A stretch of DNA of 64,000 bases. It comes from Heterodontus francisci (lineage: Eukaryota). Below are positions 62,450 to 64,000 of the stretch, in pieces. The position numbers and the translations under genes are program-made. Where the stretch lies: contig NC_090387.1 in the NCBI RefSeq assembly GCF_036365525.1, positions 89,321,691 to 89,385,690 of the forward strand, written 5' to 3'. Positions within the stretch are counted from its first letter, which is position 1; every line of letters begins with the position of its first letter. The notes under the pieces are model-generated. The model had not been told where the DNA came from. It searched no databases and saw nothing but the letters and a program-made list of their open reading frames with translations.

Positions 62450-63830
62450 GGAGAATCGTCGGCATCGAAAGAGGTCATTTGGCCCAGCGTGTCTGTGCGG
62501 CCTCTTTGAAAGAGCTGTCCAGTTTAGTCCCCATAACTGCAAATTAGACAACTTTAAGCAACATGTCCAATTGTCTTTTGAAAATTCCTGTCTAAATTGC
62601 TTCCAACAATCTTTCAGCTCGTGTATTCTGCATCTCAACAACCCCCATGAGAAAAGAATTCCCCTCAAAACCTCTCTAGTCTTTTTGCCAATAGATTTAA
62701 ACCTATGACTGCCGGCTATCGACCCATTTCTTCAGAAGAATGTTTCTTTCTACTTGATTCACTAAAAGCCTTCATAATTTTGAATATTTCTCTTAGATAT
62801 CCCTTTAATTTTCTGTGTTTTAATGAGAGCAATCCTAGCTTCGCCAATATCTCCAAGTAGCTGAAGGCCCTCCTCCCTGTTCGAGCCGGTAAATCTCGCC
62901 TGAATTCTCTGCAAGACCTTGACATTCTTTGAAAATGCGGTGCCCAGCATTGTGCACAATAATCTAACTGAGAACTAACCAAAGATGTGTAAACTTTAGC
63001 ATGGCTTCCATGTTTTTGTATCCAATGCCTCGATTCACAAAACTAATTACCGCACAAGCTTCCTTAACCGACTTATTAACTTGCTGTGCTACCTTCAAAG
63101 ATGTGTAAATATGCACCCCTATCTTCTCCTGATTTAGTATACCCCTCAAAATCGCACCATTTCCATTTTACTACCTCTCATTATTTCACCCAAAGTGCAC
63201 ACTTCAGACTTATCCACATTGAATTGCACCTACCATTCGCGCAACAGGGAAAGCAACGCACAGTGGCGCAGTGGTTAGCACCGCAACCTCACAGCTCCAG
63301 CGACCCGAGTTCAATTCCGGGTACTGCCTGTGTGGAGTTTGCAAGTTCTCCCTGTGTCTGCGTGGGTTTTCTCCAGTTTCCTCCCACATGCCAAAGACTT
63401 GCAGGTTGATAGGTACAGGTGGGGATGTGGTAGGAATATGGGATTAGTGTAGGATTAGTATAAATGGGTGGTTGATGGTCAGCACAGACTCGGTGGGCCG
63501 AAGGGCCTGTTTCAGTGCTGTATCTCTAAACTAAACTAAAATTCGTCTGCCCATTTCCTCACTGTATTTTCTTCCAATGTCTGCTACTTCCTTTCTCACC
63601 ATTTACTACGTTACCAATTTTGCCTCATTAACAACCTTCAAATTGTACTCCCTATATCACGTCCCAGCCATTTATGCATATCAGGTAAAGTATTAGTCCT
63701 GATACTGATCCCTGAGGGAATCCCACTGCATATTTCTCTCCTGTCAAAAATCCACTCTCTGTCACCTATCACTTAGCAAATTGCATACCCAAGGTACCAT
63801 GGTGCATTAAATCCAATATGTCATAGCTCA
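62450..63830 (-). mobile_element. Degraded CR1 3' region, interrupted by a SINE
   Basis: SLKVAQQVNK..K.A...ISFVNRGIGYK and LDYCAQCWAPH remnants. Confidence 0.75.
63240..63540 (+). mobile_element. HE1-type tRNA-derived SINE
   Basis: A box TGGCGCAGTGG, B box GAGTTCAATTCC, tail (CTAAA)n, and ATTCG at both flanks (63235-63239 and 63541-63545). Confidence 0.9.
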
Positions 63831-63874
63831 ACATTCGTTTGTTTAATAATATCGCACCTTAATACTAAATGATT

Positions 63875-64000
63875 AAAACAAAAAGATTTGCATTTATGTA
63901 ACGATTTTCACGACCACTGGACATCTCAAAGTGCTTTACAGCCAATGAAGTACTTCTGAAGTATTTTCACTGTTGTAATGTAGAAAACGCGATAGCCAAT
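63875..64000 (-). mobile_element. DeuSINE (SacSINE1/AmnSINE-like) conserved-domain remnant
   Basis: The minus strand ATTGGCT...TTTCTACATTACAACAGTGA...AAGTACTTCATTGGCTGTAAAGCACTTTG resembles the Deu-domain as I recall it. Confidence 0.6.

Noticed and set aside
1-64000. CRISPR arrays, operons, rRNA or other prokaryote-type systems
   Set aside because: The sequence is intron-containing vertebrate DNA, and no regularly spaced repeat-spacer array or rRNA-like segment was seen.

Overview
Eukaryotic, repeat-rich vertebrate DNA, very probably a shark or other cartilaginous fish (HE1-type SINEs, HER1/CR1 LINEs, DeuSINE remnants). The only intact-looking host genes are two tandem, same-strand paralogues of a non-rearranging immunoglobulin-superfamily receptor, about 41 kb apart. 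Gene 1 (18277-21597) has leader, V(J-joined), C1 and TM exons and encodes about 261 aa, with a stop 2 nt before a splice donor. Gene 2 (59516-62428) has leader, V and C1 exons, and its TM exon was not found in the window. Exon sizes (55/321/312 nt) and intron phases (all phase 1) are identical between the two genes, but the domains are only about 44-49% identical. The rest of the window is mobile DNA. It includes a decayed retrovirus-like gag-pol with a degenerate RNase H tether plus a second RNase H (about 8190-14190, minus strand, split by a CR1 with a 5-bp TSD), several CR1 LINEs (one with an uninterrupted 854-aa ORF2 segment) and a second CR1/L2-group LINE family. There are also Penelope-like elements carrying minimal hammerhead-ribozyme motifs, two decayed Harbinger transposons, Tx1-like fragments, SINEs, an approximately 1.1 kb inverted duplication flanking gene 1, and a possible decayed EGF-domain pseudogene. 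All translations and alignments were done by eye, and element boundaries are approximate unless a TSD is given.
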